This document shows, one piece after another, positions 14,101 through 29,100 of a DNA stretch of 64,000 bases. The stretch is from the NCBI GenBank assembly GCA_002633005.1, contig NMRA01000225.1:488547-552546 (forward strand). The letters run 5' to 3'. The stretch comes from Phoronis australis (lineage: Eukaryota > Animalia > Phoronida). The notes beneath the pieces were generated by a model that was not told the DNA's origin, made no database searches, and worked only from the letters and a program-made list of their open reading frames with translations. Each line of letters starts with the position of its first letter. The first letter of the stretch is position 1. A program made the position numbers and the translations under genes.

Positions 14101-17100
14101 ATAGGTTAACCATACTTTGTGCAGACAATACCTCGCGGGCAAGATTTAAAACGCATTAGCTTCAAAACTCTGCATTGTTCATGAACAGAGCAGGCACTTC
14201 TAGTGTTTTCGTATTGTTGGTCCCTGTGCATATTTTGGGCCACAAAGGAGTTTGGTATGGCGTCAGGGGCAGGTGTAGGGGTGGGAGTCCTCAAGCTGCT
14301 AAAGCGTAGTCATGTATCATAGTTCAATATTCCAGATGTAAAAATCATACGTACTCCTGTTATGATGCTTTGAGTGATTTTTTTCTAAGTTAACATTTAA
14401 CAACTCATCAGGTTCAAATTGCTTGGCATTCCATAAGCTAGTGCTGTCCGAGTTAATTGGCTTTTCTAGAAAGATTTCCCATCTAATGTGATGAATGACG
14501 CTTTCCAAGAAGTTGCTTGGCTTTACAAGTAAAAAAACTTCAATCACATGATTTATTTGTGAAAATTATTTTTCAAATTAGTTGCCAGTTCCTTCCAAAG
14601 CTAGTATTATAACTTGGCAGCAGCCTGTCCAACAGCATTCTTTGAACACACACCCATCTTTGCGATGTTCCAATGATGTTCACTCACGCTATCTGCATCC
14701 TTGATGTTTCTTCATGGTGCAATATTAAAGCAGACAGACGAGAGACATAAGAAAACCAATTAGTAATATTATGAAGCAAAGTGCTAACATGCCAATAAAA
14801 GTGCTATCTCAGTGGTTACTATATATGTGTGTAAAATCAGTAACAGATGCCAAGCAGGTAAAATATCGAGCAACTGTGTGGTGGTTTTAGTGAATGCTCA
14901 AGGCAAATTTACTTCAGTGATGGGCAAAATAATGTAAATGTGGAATATACTTACTTCCTTATGATGAGACCATGGTCATGAAATATAGTTGTCATTTGAA
15001 TCATTAGTTTTCATATCACAGTCTCTTGGTTGTTTGCTTTATTGGTGCATCACAAATAACCATCAAAGATATAGAGAGCTAAAGACTATCAAATATTGTT
15101 AAAAATTATAGTAATATTTGAAAAAAGGTGCAGGTATACTGTAAATATACTAGTTATGTGAAAAATAGCTCTAAATCTTACCTGACCCCATGTATCTAGG
15201 GAGCTGGAGTGAGTTCACTGTATCATTAGTCAGGTCGGAGATTCCACACATTTCACCTTGACTTGTTTCTACTCATCATTTTGCACTGTCAATTAGCATG
15301 GAGCCCAGGCAAGTCGGTGTCTCTAGCTTGACTGTTCATTTACATTGTCCCCAAAATGATGAGGCAACCGCGTCAGGTAATCTGAAGCTGGGATGTATTT
15401 TGTGTAAACTTTGTGTGTATGTTCATGTGGTGGTTGAAGGTGTGTGCGTGCAGGTCGTGAATGTCCTGAAGATAATGTAGGAGCTGGCAACATTCTTAAA
15501 ATGTGGTTGGTGCATAAATGACAGGTGTAATTCTCTTTCGATAGGATACCTGCTTTCTTCCGGTAAATTCACATCATCCGGGTATGATTAAGGGGGTTCC
15601 GAGGGTAGTCATGCCTCTACTTTGCAGCCATTATAATTCCATATCCTGCCATATTTTATTCAAAATTCAAAGGGATTCTAATCTGTGTTCTGGTGATTTT
15701 TCCCCAAGCTGCCCCCACCTTCCAAACCTCTGACCTCTCTTTGTCTCAAAGTGGAATATGTGGTTCAACGGAGGCCATGTGGCCATTCATTACAATCATT
15801 CTTTACTTGCCCACAGCATCAGTTACTGCACATAGGGTTTAGCTTAATATCACAAGGAATTGTCGAACAACGTTAATCAAACTTTTGAGTAATTGTTAAG
15901 TCTGCTGGGCACAGTGAGTCTACCTTGAGCAGCCATTATAATTCCATCCCTGCCATATTTTATAACGGATTCTAAACGTGGTTTTGGTGATTTTACCCCA
16001 AACTGTCCTCGTCTTCTAAACCTCTGTCCTCTCTGTGTCTCAAAGTATTTTGTTCATCAGTGGTTGATGGAGGACATGAGGCCATTGTTCTTTAACTTGC
16101 CTTAAGCACATATGCGGATTTAGCTGAATATCACAAGGAATTGTAGAACTTTAATCTAATTTTTGCATATTTGTCGAAGCCTACTGCATGCAATGAGCCC
16201 ACAATAGTGCCAGTTTGCCAGTCAGATACAATATGTACACAACCTCCTGCAATTATTTTTTAAATCTACTGAGCATAACAATTGGTTTTCAAAGGTTAGA
16301 TTGTTAAGTCGGCATTAAGTTGGTTTTAGTCAAATTCTGGGTAGCCTTGTAAGTATGTTTGTGTAATTTCATTCCTGAAATATTGAGAATCTTAGTTATT
16401 AAAATTGGTGCACGCGTAAGCTCAGTATTTCTGTCTTTTGCTCTTTCTTCATCTCCATGCAGTCCTCACCATATCTAGCCATGTAACTTGTTGTTATCTA
16501 AAGGTGCGATTCAGTAGGGGATATCAGGTGGCCATAACTATGTGTTGAACACACTTTGTGCCAGTAACTGAATTAACCCACTTCTACTGAGCATCACTTA
16601 TTGGATTAGGCTGCTACATGCTGTTTACCAAGACAACACATAGCGAAGATCGTCACGAATTTTGTATTTTTAACACGTACTTAATATTCTTACGCAAAGT
16701 TGTTCATTGAATGTACATGGTCTTCATTTAACTGTCACAGGTCAAGTAAGATATGAAATATTATAGTTATTAATTGATGTTAGTTTTGCCTCCCAAGTGT
16801 TCAGAACACCCAGAACTAAAATCTGTATAAATTTAATAACTCAGGACAATCTTCTTGATAGGTTTTGATGAGCGATGTTTGAATGAAGGTCAGTTCTATA
16901 GACACCTACCTTTGTCATCCTAGACTGGAAAAATGTGGTGTGTGGCCAATCTGAAGGAAATAAATTATTTGGGTGAGGCAGTTAGCGATTTCTTGATCAT
17001 TCTCAAATTTTCCAACAGTTGTTCACTGTCCCTTGTGTTGACATGACCTTCTGCTCATTCTTAATTTTTGAGGTATGTTAAGGACCCTAGAAAAATGTTG

Positions 17101-20100
17101 GAACATTGTATCTCAGAATTTGCAGAGCAGGTTCACAATGCAACTTTCAGGTACTATGCTGTGTACAATGTTATCCAAAACATTTAGTAATGATTGTTTT
17201 TGTTATGTTCACTTTTTGCTTGAGGGACTATCGAAAAATAGGACATCAGTTTTATGAGAAAATTAAGAACAAAAAGAAAACAATGAAGTGTTTTGCCTGA
17301 TGTATAAAGGTACTGCATGTCTGGAACACAAGCTTCTATGACTTAGCGTTGTTAAAATTGATGATAAAACAAGGCATTGTGTCCTAAACAACAATGCACA
17401 ACAATCATTTATGGAACACCACTTAAGTGTGGAAGCAGCGATTATCGTGTGAAAGTTGGACAATATTTTTATGTTATTGATCTTTTTAGTTTTCCTTACA
17501 GTGAGGTCACATGGCCTAATTAGTGGCAGATTGGTATAAAGTCCAAAATCATATTCTACGGAATTACTGCTTTGCAAAAATATATGTTTTTTGCCTTATT
17601 AAATTCTATAATTTTGTAGGTATTTGGCTAAATGTGCTGAGTTGTAAATAAGGTTCTAGAAATTAATGTATACACAAATCATTGAGTCCTCCTCAGCATT
17701 CACACTTAGTGTGTCAATCTTGATGTCCTCATAATCTCAGTATAAACATTCACAACAGTTTCAATCCATCATGCTACATTCTGACATAATCTACCTACAG
17801 TACTGTTTATATAACATCTCCTATTACTGGTAATCCAGTAAGCTGAGTTGGGCTGTTCATTGGTGGCTGGTTTAATTTGAGCTGTCCAACTGGTTGCTGT
17901 CTGCCTGGTGTAACATTTCTGCCAGAGTGCACAGGAGTTAGCTTCAGGTTGACTGAATAAATTGTGGACATAGTCTGCACTTAGATTAGAAGCTTCGGAT
18001 ACCGTATCCCAGGGTTCAACAGTTTTAAGTTGAAACTTGATGTCGCCTTTACAACAGTGGATGTAGGTGTAATTCTTGTTTGTAACCATGTCAGATGTTG
18101 AGGCATCATCGGACAATCACCAGGAAGTGCTTGACGACAGCGTGGAGTCGTGTGACAGCTCGCCGCGACAAATGGACGTCAGTGAGACAAACCGTTATGA
18201 ACAGGAGGCAGCGTTGGCGCTACAAACAAACGGTGATGGTGAGGATGATGATGAGCCTGTCATTGACTTTCATAGTTCTATGACCTATTGGAAGCAGGTG
18301 ATGGCTGAGAGGAGTGCAGGTAAAAAGTGTCTGGTGTACTGCTTAGAGCTATGAGTTGACGACCAGGTTTGGTTTGAGAAATTATCAGTTTATGGTCAGG
18401 CGTTGTGACTATTTCCCCTGTAATGGTTCTGATTCTGGCGTTTAACCTGTGGCTTCAGGTTACTTTTTTGTTGCGTACCTTATGGTTTGCACCTGTAGTG
18501 TTTATATTCCAAATCTGCATTATTTTACCTGTAATTACGGTAAATCGGTTGTGTGGATTAATTAAAACAGCTGTATAGTTGGTTAATTGCTTGGCATTTT
18601 ACGTACCTCTATTGTATCTGTTCACTAATGTATGTATAGCAGGCACAGTTTGCACTTTTGTTGGCGTGTTAGCACTTGACTCCATAATTTTGACCAATTC
18701 AGGTGATGTGAAACTCCACAAGTCTTTAAGCAGTGGTCACATCGCAGCAGTCTAGTAATGAGATGGAACTAACAGGCCTAGTGGTTCATGGATAAGGTGC
18801 ATTAACTTTGCAGACACCTGCTGTAATTGCTCCAAGTGTAATGGAGATTGGCATTGGGTGAAGGGGACAGCTTGAAATGTTTAATATCCACCCATTTAGG
18901 AAGTTATATATGGACTTTTGGCAGAAAAGTATGCCAGGTTTGTTTGGAACTTCCGAGACAAAGTCGATCACATTTTGTGGAATGTTCTACTCAGACACCC
19001 CTCTTTGGGGCTATAAACCAAACCTGTTTGTAAATGTTCAATTGTCTTTTTACGAGTCATTACATTTCAGTGAATCAGTAAGAGAACAACTGCCTTGCTG
19101 TCAACAATTTCACGAACAATTTCAGTACCTGTTGATATTTGTGGTTGGAAAAAAGGAGCTTTTCTGTAGTTTCCAACTCTCAAAGTGAACCCCTTTGTGG
19201 AGAATTGAATTGGAAATTAAACTTTAAGGCACTTTCTTGGGGAAGTACGTTAGAAAGGGCAAGATTTCATAGGGGAACTGGTTGTAAAAGGTCACTTGTC
19301 TGAGCTAGGTGTTCCTGTTTGTCGCTTCTGTGAGATTACCTCTCCTGTGTGGTGTTATGGCCTTTAGTGAATGAATGGAAATATTTATTGTAGACTTACA
19401 AAACAACCCTCTGCAGAATTGATTGTGTGCTTTCCATATGATACCAGTACTAACAAGAGAGAGACAAACATAAACAAGATGTAAATACAGTCTGTCAGTT
19501 AAACTATATTGAGCTCTTGTTGGGTGTGCATTTAATGTTCTTCAGTTTGGGCTTCATCTGAACTTGGCATACTGTTGCTGTTTAAGGGACCTGAGTACTG
19601 TTATCAGGGGTTATTAAGTCTTAAAAAGTCATAAGTCAAAGGACAAAAATTGGCCAGGCTTGGACATCGTCTGGGTTTAATTTCGTCATTATAATTGAGA
19701 TGAGCTCCCAACTTTGATATGTCATGGATGATGTCTGAAATGTGTGTGAAAGGATAAAAAGTTTTAAATTCAGTTGTTGCAGTGTATAACATGGAAAGAA
19801 TTCTTCAGTTTGGAACGCAATGTGGTGGTCGGGTGAAATTTCATTTTGTCAAAATTTTCAACAAGAATAAGTTTTTGGGAAAATTTAGTGCAGTTCTGAG
19901 TATATTGTTTTTGTCGTAAATTGAAGAATTTGTATTGGTTGAAAGTTAAAAGCCTGCAGCCAGGCAGTAACAGCTCCGTGAAATATCTACGTGTGGGCCA
20001 ATTACCATGAGGCAGGTGTCAGTATCTCCCGGAAACTTGGTTTGGGTTGGATTTCATCTACATGTGGCTGAAAGGTAAACTAGCCCTTGGTGGTTCAAGA

Positions 20101-23100
20101 AATGATCAACAGTAAGGCCTGTATCATGGCGACCAGAGAGGAATGAGGGTGGTCTCAAAAATTTGTATTGAATTTTGATTTTTATGGAACTTATTTGTTC
20201 ACTAGAATCATTATTTTTACAATATGCACCAGATAAGGCATCCAAAACTGAGCTTGTGGTTATTTTCTTGTACTACCAAAGATCTATCATTACGAGTTTT
20301 TCACTTTCATTTAGCACATCAGTACAAATGTACTGCTCAGTGCTTTAATGAATTCAGAATAATGTAGAAGGGAGCACATGATAGTTTTATTTTGGATTTT
20401 CTTTTAGTTTCATTACATACCACTTGTAGCGCTGTGTCAAAAGTCCGAGTTGTCGATATACTCATCAGCGATATAGCTTTATCTTACATTGTTTTCGTAT
20501 GTTTAATAGCATTTGCCAACCTCTAGATGGTTGTTAACCTCCCCTCCATCATAAAAAATTAAGTGTTTTGATTTTCACCACTTATTACTGTAACAATGTC
20601 AAATTAGAGTGATTCCAGGGCTGAGAAAGAATTCACATTTCATTTTTTCTTACGACCATTTTTATTTTGTGCACAGAGTGTAATCTTGAGGTATACCAAG
20701 CTGCCAGTTCCTTACAAACTTAGAAAACACATTTTCGTCTGAATGTGGAACAGTTTGAGACAAAGTTCATAGCATTGAGTAATCTAAATCAACCATTCGT
20801 TTCTTTGAGGGAACGCTTGTTTGAAGCTGCTTCAAGTTTCTGTAGACATTAACTCTTAGAATTGTCCATGAATCGCTTGTCATTATGCTGTCTTTGTTAA
20901 GGAGGAGATTCTTGTGTTGAAGTATGTTGCTGTTTTGAGTGAGTTGTGTTTCATTTTCACTTCTAAGCACCAAGCTGGAAATAACTATCATTTCAAATCA
21001 GTCTAGGCCACGGATAGTTCCGGGAATTGATCTGTCTTTGTTGTCAAAATTATTCAGTTTGGGACAGAGTAAAAATTCATTTGCTGTTTTTATTGTTACT
21101 GCTTTGTAAGTTTGGCTTTCTCCCCATTAAGTTTCTCTATTGTCTATGTTTCTGTTTATTTTAAAAGTGTTTTAATTTTGAACTGAACTTGCAAAGCATG
21201 ACTAAAGCAAAAGTAATGCAAGTCCCAATTTTTCAGAATTAGAAATTCGTGTTAGGTGTCATAAACTCATGACACTGTCCCAAGTTGAAGGCTTTTTGCT
21301 GTAAGATTTTGAAATATCTAAATAACTGGATTATTTTTTGGTCTGTTACAGGATTCTCTGACGGTGTTTAGTTGATTCTGTGTCAACTTATTTTTAGCAG
21401 CGCTTTCTATTCAATATTGTTTTCATTTCAGTTTTCTGTGGATGTCCACTCCAACAGCATGACTGTACTTCCTTGTATATTACTGTTCAACGTTGAATCT
21501 TATTTTTTCCATCATTTCAGAACCTTCCGATGGAAATGGACCTCTTGGTAAGTTGAAAGCTTGAATGACTTAATTAATAACCCAGAACGGCAGCCGTTCA
21601 ATAGGGCAACTGTCGTTCTGACTTCATGAGCCATCACTGGCAAAATGGGCATCAGCTGTGTGTTCAATAAAACTTCACTGTTCACCAACGCTTGTTGGAA
21701 AGCCCAAGTGCCCTGTTTGTGAAAAACAATGATGTTTTGCACGATTTACATAGTCTTGATTAAATAATTTAATGTAAGAGACTGCATGCCATTGAATCCA
21801 CCCCTTATGAAAGGTATTGGATTATAAAGCTCAAACTGTGATCTACCAGTAAAATGGGGTACAATAGAACTCGCGTAAATCACTGTGTTTGGTCGAGTTG
21901 GGTTTTCGTTAAAGGTATTGTCAACCTAGGAGAGGTCCTTTCACACGCCGTCATTCAATTCAGAATAAAGTATATGACTGAAAAATTTTTAATTCATACT
22001 TTAAAACATCCTAAAATTGCTGGTGATCTCTGGTCCATGATGGGCATATTTTGTGAAAAGAAACTTTTTCAACCATCAAAATGCCTTTTTAGGGCAATGT
22101 CCCAGTTCCGGGGTATTAATTTTTGACGGCTATTATGTGCATTGTCTGAAAGAAAGGCGCAGTTCCATCAGCCATAGTCCATGAAATCATTGTGCAAATT
22201 TTGAAGAGAATTGACCATGCACCCAAGAGAAATCGGTGTTGAAAACTTCTAAAAGTGCCCGAATGTAATGTAACGATTTGCCACAGACTTGTACCAGTCA
22301 ATAGATGTCTTAACAACTTGCATATTTGAAACATAAATGTTGCGATTTAACGAATTTTATAAGTATAACTAAAAATATAGTTAAAATACAGACAGTTATA
22401 CAACACTAGGGAGCTGACAGTGGGGTTAATTTGAGTAAATCTTTCGTAAACTGCTCCAACAAAGTTCCATGCAATGGCTGTTTTTAGAACTAGCTCTTGG
22501 CCATGCAGATATGGCATATTTCACAGTGCTCTCAGTATGATTGTATCTCACTCGTGTGAGTTTCACTGCTGTACCATTGATGAACCTGAGTGTGTTAAAG
22601 TTTCCTGAATGTGCACACCTGTACCCATCATTAGTTTGTACAAGGTTGTCGGACCTGTTTCTCATTACAAGCAATATTGGATTCTTGACCTTGAATAACA
22701 CTGAGCCGGGATAAACTCCAGCTCAGGATCACAGGTAATGCGAAACTAAAAATGCTGAAATGAGATGGAATGCAAATGCCAACAGACAGGAAGGCATTCC
22801 AGTGTCTGTTAGCAGGCAAGCACTAACTTGTAGCCAGAGTGGATAGGTTTCCTGTATATAATGCCTCAGGGTGTACTTTGTAATATGAATTGGTTAACTC
22901 TGAAGTTGACTGGCTTATCAGTTTTAATTGTAGCTGCTGACTTCTGATTGAAGAGAATTTCCATGCCATTGGCAATTTAAGGTTTAGCCAAAATTATTCA
23001 AGAACTAACGGTCATAACTTGTTGCCTGAGAATCGACTAGTTCTACAGCATGTACTTTCCCTCTGCACTGTTTGTGATGCATGTGTTTAGGCAGTGCTGT

Positions 23101-26100
23101 AGTGGTAAAATTAGAGGTAAGTAGGCACCCAAAGCCCACCGTATCACCTTGAGCACTGAACGTAACTTACAGTGAGTAGGCACTACGTTTAAATGCCAAA
23201 ATGTGGTTGGCTGCGCCTACGTGCGCCTACGCCCCACTACAGCACTGTATTTAGGCCCATGCACCTTGATGTTGAGGTGTGCCTATATCTGGAGCAAGGT
23301 GCATGCTTTTGTTTGTGAAAAAATTGAACAACTTTTTAAAATGGCACGTAAGCAGTTGGTTGGGAATAAGTGGGACCGTGGCTGTAGAGGGGCTATCAAG
23401 GGAAGTGAAGTTTGGGGCGATTCTGGGGGGACATGTTACAAAGTGCTGTGGTTTTTTTACGATTTGGTCGCATTTTCTTGAGGTGCTCTTTTGTACACAG
23501 GCCTTGGATTTCTCTGGGTATTTCGTTCCAACTTAAAAAATTCTATAGTGTGCTTATGAAGTGGCGTATCGCATAGCCTATGAGTGACATTTTGTGGTTT
23601 GATAAAATTTCCTGAGTTTTGGCCTGTTCTTGGTTTTCATACATCCGTGTAGGGCATACCTTGATCTGTGCACTCCTACAGAACCTACGCTGAGTTGCAT
23701 TGCTGTCTGTGATTGTCTTATTTATTCAAACTTAATCGAAACAATTTTCATCCACTTGATTGACTGCATAATCCATGTTCATTCAGTTTCAACTCACATG
23801 ATTATGTCGTCAATGCAACTGTATGTGTGTGTATTTAGGCCCATGCGATTTAGTGGCTTAGGTGCCAAAGTCTTTCGCATATATGCACGTGAGCATATAC
23901 TGCTTCAGACGGGCTTCCCTTGTTTGTGCCCATGTCTTGAATTGGATATTTTTATCATGTCTTTTTGTTCATTCTCAGTAGTACTGAAACCTTTAATTAA
24001 ATAACATTTTAACGTCTAGTAGAGAAGTCATGCATTACTCATGGGCTTTTGTAAAACCTTGAACCTTGGTTTTACACCATATTAACTGTAGGTGCATCTG
24101 TCTAAATTCTGATGTAGGCGCAGATTCACGTACACCGGCCAATGGCAATAGTGTGGAGTGTTTTCAATGGATTGTTTTACTTTCAGCCTCCCCCACTAGG
24201 AGTGATAACTTGAAGAGTCCACCACCACCGTCGCCGAAATCCAAGACAAACACTCCAGTCTCTAATGGACAGCAAGGTAACCTTTTTGCAATAGCTCTTG
24301 AATCACGTGATGTGGCCAATAGGTGGCGTGCAGACCAGGCCTAAAATGTTTGTGGTCAAACTCTTGAATGGTACATGCCACAAATAATCCAACAAAATGA
24401 TTACGACCGAATGCTAGTTGAATTCCTTGCCTGCTAACAGCCCAGTATGAAAGGAATTCACCATCAGAGGTCTTCGCCTATGACTAGTCGTGATGGAAAC
24501 GGAGATGTTGTCTCATTGATTTTGTGGTGTTGTGAAGTAATGTTGGGCTATGTGTGTTAGAAGGGGGGGAAGGGGAGTCCCTTTTGATAATATGCAGGAA
24601 TTCAACCTTGAGGTTATCCAACCCTATGGCCTCCACCCAATACAGTTGGTTGCTAAAGACAATCATTTTCCTGCGTTGTATCTCACCTGTGGTAGAACCT
24701 CCTTTTTGTCTTAACGCAGATCTCAAAAAACCTTATTGTGGCATTGATGTCAGTGTTTCATCAAACTGAAATTGATACCTTTGTTCAGAAGGGTACTTCT
24801 GCTCACTTTTTTACTTGACTGTGTTTGAAAGCATCACAGCCTCTGCTTTTGTACGAAATATAAGAAGGTTTCTCACGCAAATATTTCCATTCATGATTTA
24901 TGATCGGTCATTCATGATCTGTTGTACTCAGCACAAGCACGACCGCCTCCTGTGGCTCCAAAGCCTGCCAAAAACCCAGCACTTGAAAGGGCACCGAGTA
25001 TGGGTAAGATATTGCCTGCCAGTTGGTAGTGACACCTAGTGGCCTCTCATCCAAAGGTTTTTGTAGTTAACTGACACCTGTAGGTTTCATGTAATAGGCT
25101 AGTTCGTAACCCAAGCATGCTGTATGATTTGGGAAGCTTTGCTTCCTCAGGACACCCTTGATGCTAACCAATTATTGCTGTTGGAACCAAGGCATTTTAT
25201 TTAACATTCCTCACTAATCATATAGACGTATTATTCAAGTCACGAGGTCTTGCCTTTTGGGGCTTAACCTTAAACACTGATGCTAACATGTCTATAACTT
25301 GACTATCTCCTTACTTTCTGGTTTAAGATCCTAATCAATGCATCTCTCCAGAGGATGGGGGTAAGAGAGTAAACTTCGTTGTTCCCTTGGTACTAATAAA
25401 GTGTGTTTCGGGGTTTTTCTGACCTTAGCGCTGCTACTTGCATGTCATTCCTTTATAGTCGTCGGCTTTCTCTTAGAATCTATCTGATGTCTACTGGTCA
25501 TGGTTTCAAAAAGATTTCTTTATATTATCACGTATTTATCAAATTGTATGTGACTTGATTTTGCTAATTGATATCTTTGTCCGACCACTTTTTCATTTGT
25601 GATCCATTGCTACCAACTCTGTCTGTCTGGGTGACTTGTCTGCGAAGCTGTTCCCATCATGTATAGGATGGCATGTGCCAATTTTCAAAAGGATTGGAGG
25701 CCTACTACTGCTGTGGCCCTTAAGTGATATTTCTGTTTTTTGAATGTGCCTCTGTAGCTTCCATATTCCATTTTGGATTTTCATAAAATTTGGCTGGTAA
25801 ATTTCTATCGAGAAGGGGACAATACCTGCTCATTTTTGGACGGATCCCATTGGTACTGAACCCCCTACTGGTAGTTTTAGCGCCATGCCGTTCATTTTTG
25901 GTAACTGCCTCTCCGTCTTCCAAATTGCTTGAAGGACCAATATTCAGTACATTTAATTTCATTGTGGCAATTAAATTATTTTGTTAGCAGTTTGTCATCT
26001 GCCTCCATGTCTTCCAAACTGCTTGTAGGGTTGTAGTGAACTTCAGCAGATGCATTATTGTTTAGGATCGCATTGCGTCTGTTGATTTTCAAATTAACGT

Positions 26101-29100
26101 GATCACTTCTGCGCCACTTAGTGGCAAGTTTGCAGCTTTTTACATCTGCCTCAGTACCTATCAACTTCTTGATATATCTTCATGAAATTTGGTTCACGTA
26201 GGTGTGTGTCCATGGAAAAGATTACATTTGGACACTTTCGGGTCCAAACTTCGCACATACCTGACCTTTCCCCCTCAATGGTAGTTTAACCAATTGTGTT
26301 AATTTTGGACACTGTCTGCCTGTCTGTCTGCCAAACCACATGAATAGCTGTCATATCTGTTTCATGGTTGATGTTGAATTTCGGACGAATGTTGAATTAT
26401 TACCTTAGAAATTCTCATGACGGCCATTCTGGCTTGGCAAACTAATCTGCCTCGATGAGCAACTCAATGGGCCTGGTTTGAAAAATAACAACATGCCAGA
26501 TCTTAAGTCTAGGAATTATAATCATGAGAGTTGCAGTAAGTGGTCTCACTCGAAAGTTGGTTTGGACAAAGACGAACGCCTTGAAAGTGGAACTTGCTGG
26601 CTAATTTCTTTTCTATCCGATTGCTTTTGCCAAATTAGTCAGAAACACAACACTGTGTGACCACGATGTGAATAAGAAGTGGGCTGAAAATTGCCAAATG
26701 TTTTTAACAATGAATTTTGTGGCAAAATGATCCGCCTCAAATCACTGAACTGTGTCCAGTATTAGTATCGTGATGTGGTGCTGGGGAATACCACTGCATG
26801 ATGTGGGTTGTGTGAGCCCGCGAGTTATGTCATTAGTGCAAAGGTCACCTATTTCTAGAATTTTTTGATTTTCACATCAAATTGTGAATGAATACAACTG
26901 CACTTTGTTTAGCATAGATTATGTCAAAATAGCATTGTCGTTAAGTTCTGGCTATGCAATAAGCATTTGTTAGGAACATTCAAATGCATGATTGATGATG
27001 CAGCTGGTGAACTGAATGAGTTAGCCAGCCTAAGTCGCCACATTTATTCCCTGAGGGCACTGTAGTTGTTGACAGCAAAGCAGAGAATACAAATAGATCA
27101 GTAAAAGCCAGTACCCTGCTAGAGCACCGTTATGTGGTAGGGTATGTTTTTTTGCCTCTTAGTTCTTACCAGAGGGCCCATTTTGCTAGAAATCAAAACA
27201 GAAAAGTACAAGTTACACAGAAAAAGCATAGTTGGTCCTGGTCTCTACTCCAAATCATTTTGAGACCTGCATTCACTCACTATAAAAAAAGTTTCAGTTG
27301 AGGTTTTGTGAGTGTCTTAAAGGTGCACAAATGTACTATTAAAGCAAGGTCTGAAAAAAGCGAACTACTAAAAAAACACCACACTTCCAATTTTCAAAAA
27401 CGACACAGAAACGAGAACCAACTATACTTTTTTACCTTAGAACCTTAATAGCAGTAATTTAAGTCTTTTGCGGTGGCAAGTTTTAGTACACACTGAAAAA
27501 ATAACAAATGAATGGCTTCTGTTTCAGACATGGATGTGTCCAGTATTCCTGGTTTACAGCCGGTCCCTGAAGGCACTCCGGGATGGAAAAAGGCCATGAT
27601 AGAGAAGAAAAATAAAGAACTCGTTGAAAAATATCACGTAAGTACTGGTGCTCACATTCCATCAGATGAATGATGCGGCTAATCCGTCTTCACAGCTTTG
27701 ATTTGGGCTCACTGATATTCAGGTGTCCACCTAGACATAAGGTGCCAGTGTTTCTTGGGTCAGATAAGACATGTCTTGGTGTCTGGTTGTGACTGTCCAT
27801 AGTAAGCCTTTTCCAGTTAGTCAGCCAAAGCAAAATGGCAATCCAGAAATGCAGTGAATTTGTTAATGATTTAGACTGAACTGTTCACCATGGTAACTGT
27901 TCATGACCATGTCACATCACACTAATTAAGGTTTTGAGACTGCAGCTTAGGGCTCAGGTGTGTCGGTCAGTGTAACTAGAGAATAATTAGTGAATGAATA
28001 AATTATTACTTGTCTTTAACGTTGTGTGAAACAGGTTTAAATGTATTTATGAAACATTACAATTGATAGCACCCAGCCTGTGAAATTTGCTGTTTGCATT
28101 CCAGCCCTCTGTGTCTGGTAGAGAACATCTTTGCCATTACAATTACCCCCCTCTGAAAATGATCATGCTCTGTAGTTGCAACTGCATTTTTGCTGGCATG
28201 ACTGCGCAGTGCCATCAGCATTTTCAAGATTGCCTAAACTGTAATTGACCTGGAACAAATTATTCCATGAATATGCATTTGATTCATAAAAGTCAAAGTA
28301 AAGTCAAAGACATTGAACGGGTGACTATTTGGGTCAGTTATAAAAAATGCAATTTCTACTGGCTTAAACTGATTGTTCTTTAGTGTTGACTAATTTTCTA
28401 TTCAGTTTTCGAATACTGAGTGTCTTGCTACAGGTTTTGTTTGTGACGATGCAAGTGAATTTTACACTCACTACATTAATCTGGTTAAAAGGGCATTCAT
28501 TTACTGTTTGTTGAATTCTTAATCTAAGCACTTCATGATTCAAAAATATTACCATGCTCTTCTGATCTTGAATTGTTGCCACACGAGGCGGCAACTCCAG
28601 TCGCAGGCAATACATAAATGTGCCATTTCTGGGCCATAGCCAACCCTGAAGTGTTTTCTTGAGTCGCTGATAATATTGATGTTGTTGCTGTTGGTAACAG
28701 AACTAAAATCCTGTTGTCATGGTAACGAATCACCTGAGACTGAATGTATGGGAGTAAAAGGCCCAATTGGATTTTTGTTTTTACAGTGAATTCGCGCCAT
28801 TATCGGATGGCTTGCCATTTTGGGCCAAGAATAAATATTTCCAAAATGAATTTTCCGTAGTCCACGAAATTCGTACTAGGTCCATAAACTGTTTCTCAAT
28901 GGTCCTCGGACAATGTCATAAACATCGGATTTCTGTCCCGCAAATTTCGGACAAGGAAAATGTTAGAAACGCTAATTTTGGATCGACATAACTCTCATGC
29001 TGCTAAAGTGTTCAATGGACCATTACTACTCTATAAGGCTTGAACCCGAGAACCCGTATAACGGGCTCTGTAATTTTTACCAAAGTTGTCTTAATGATGT

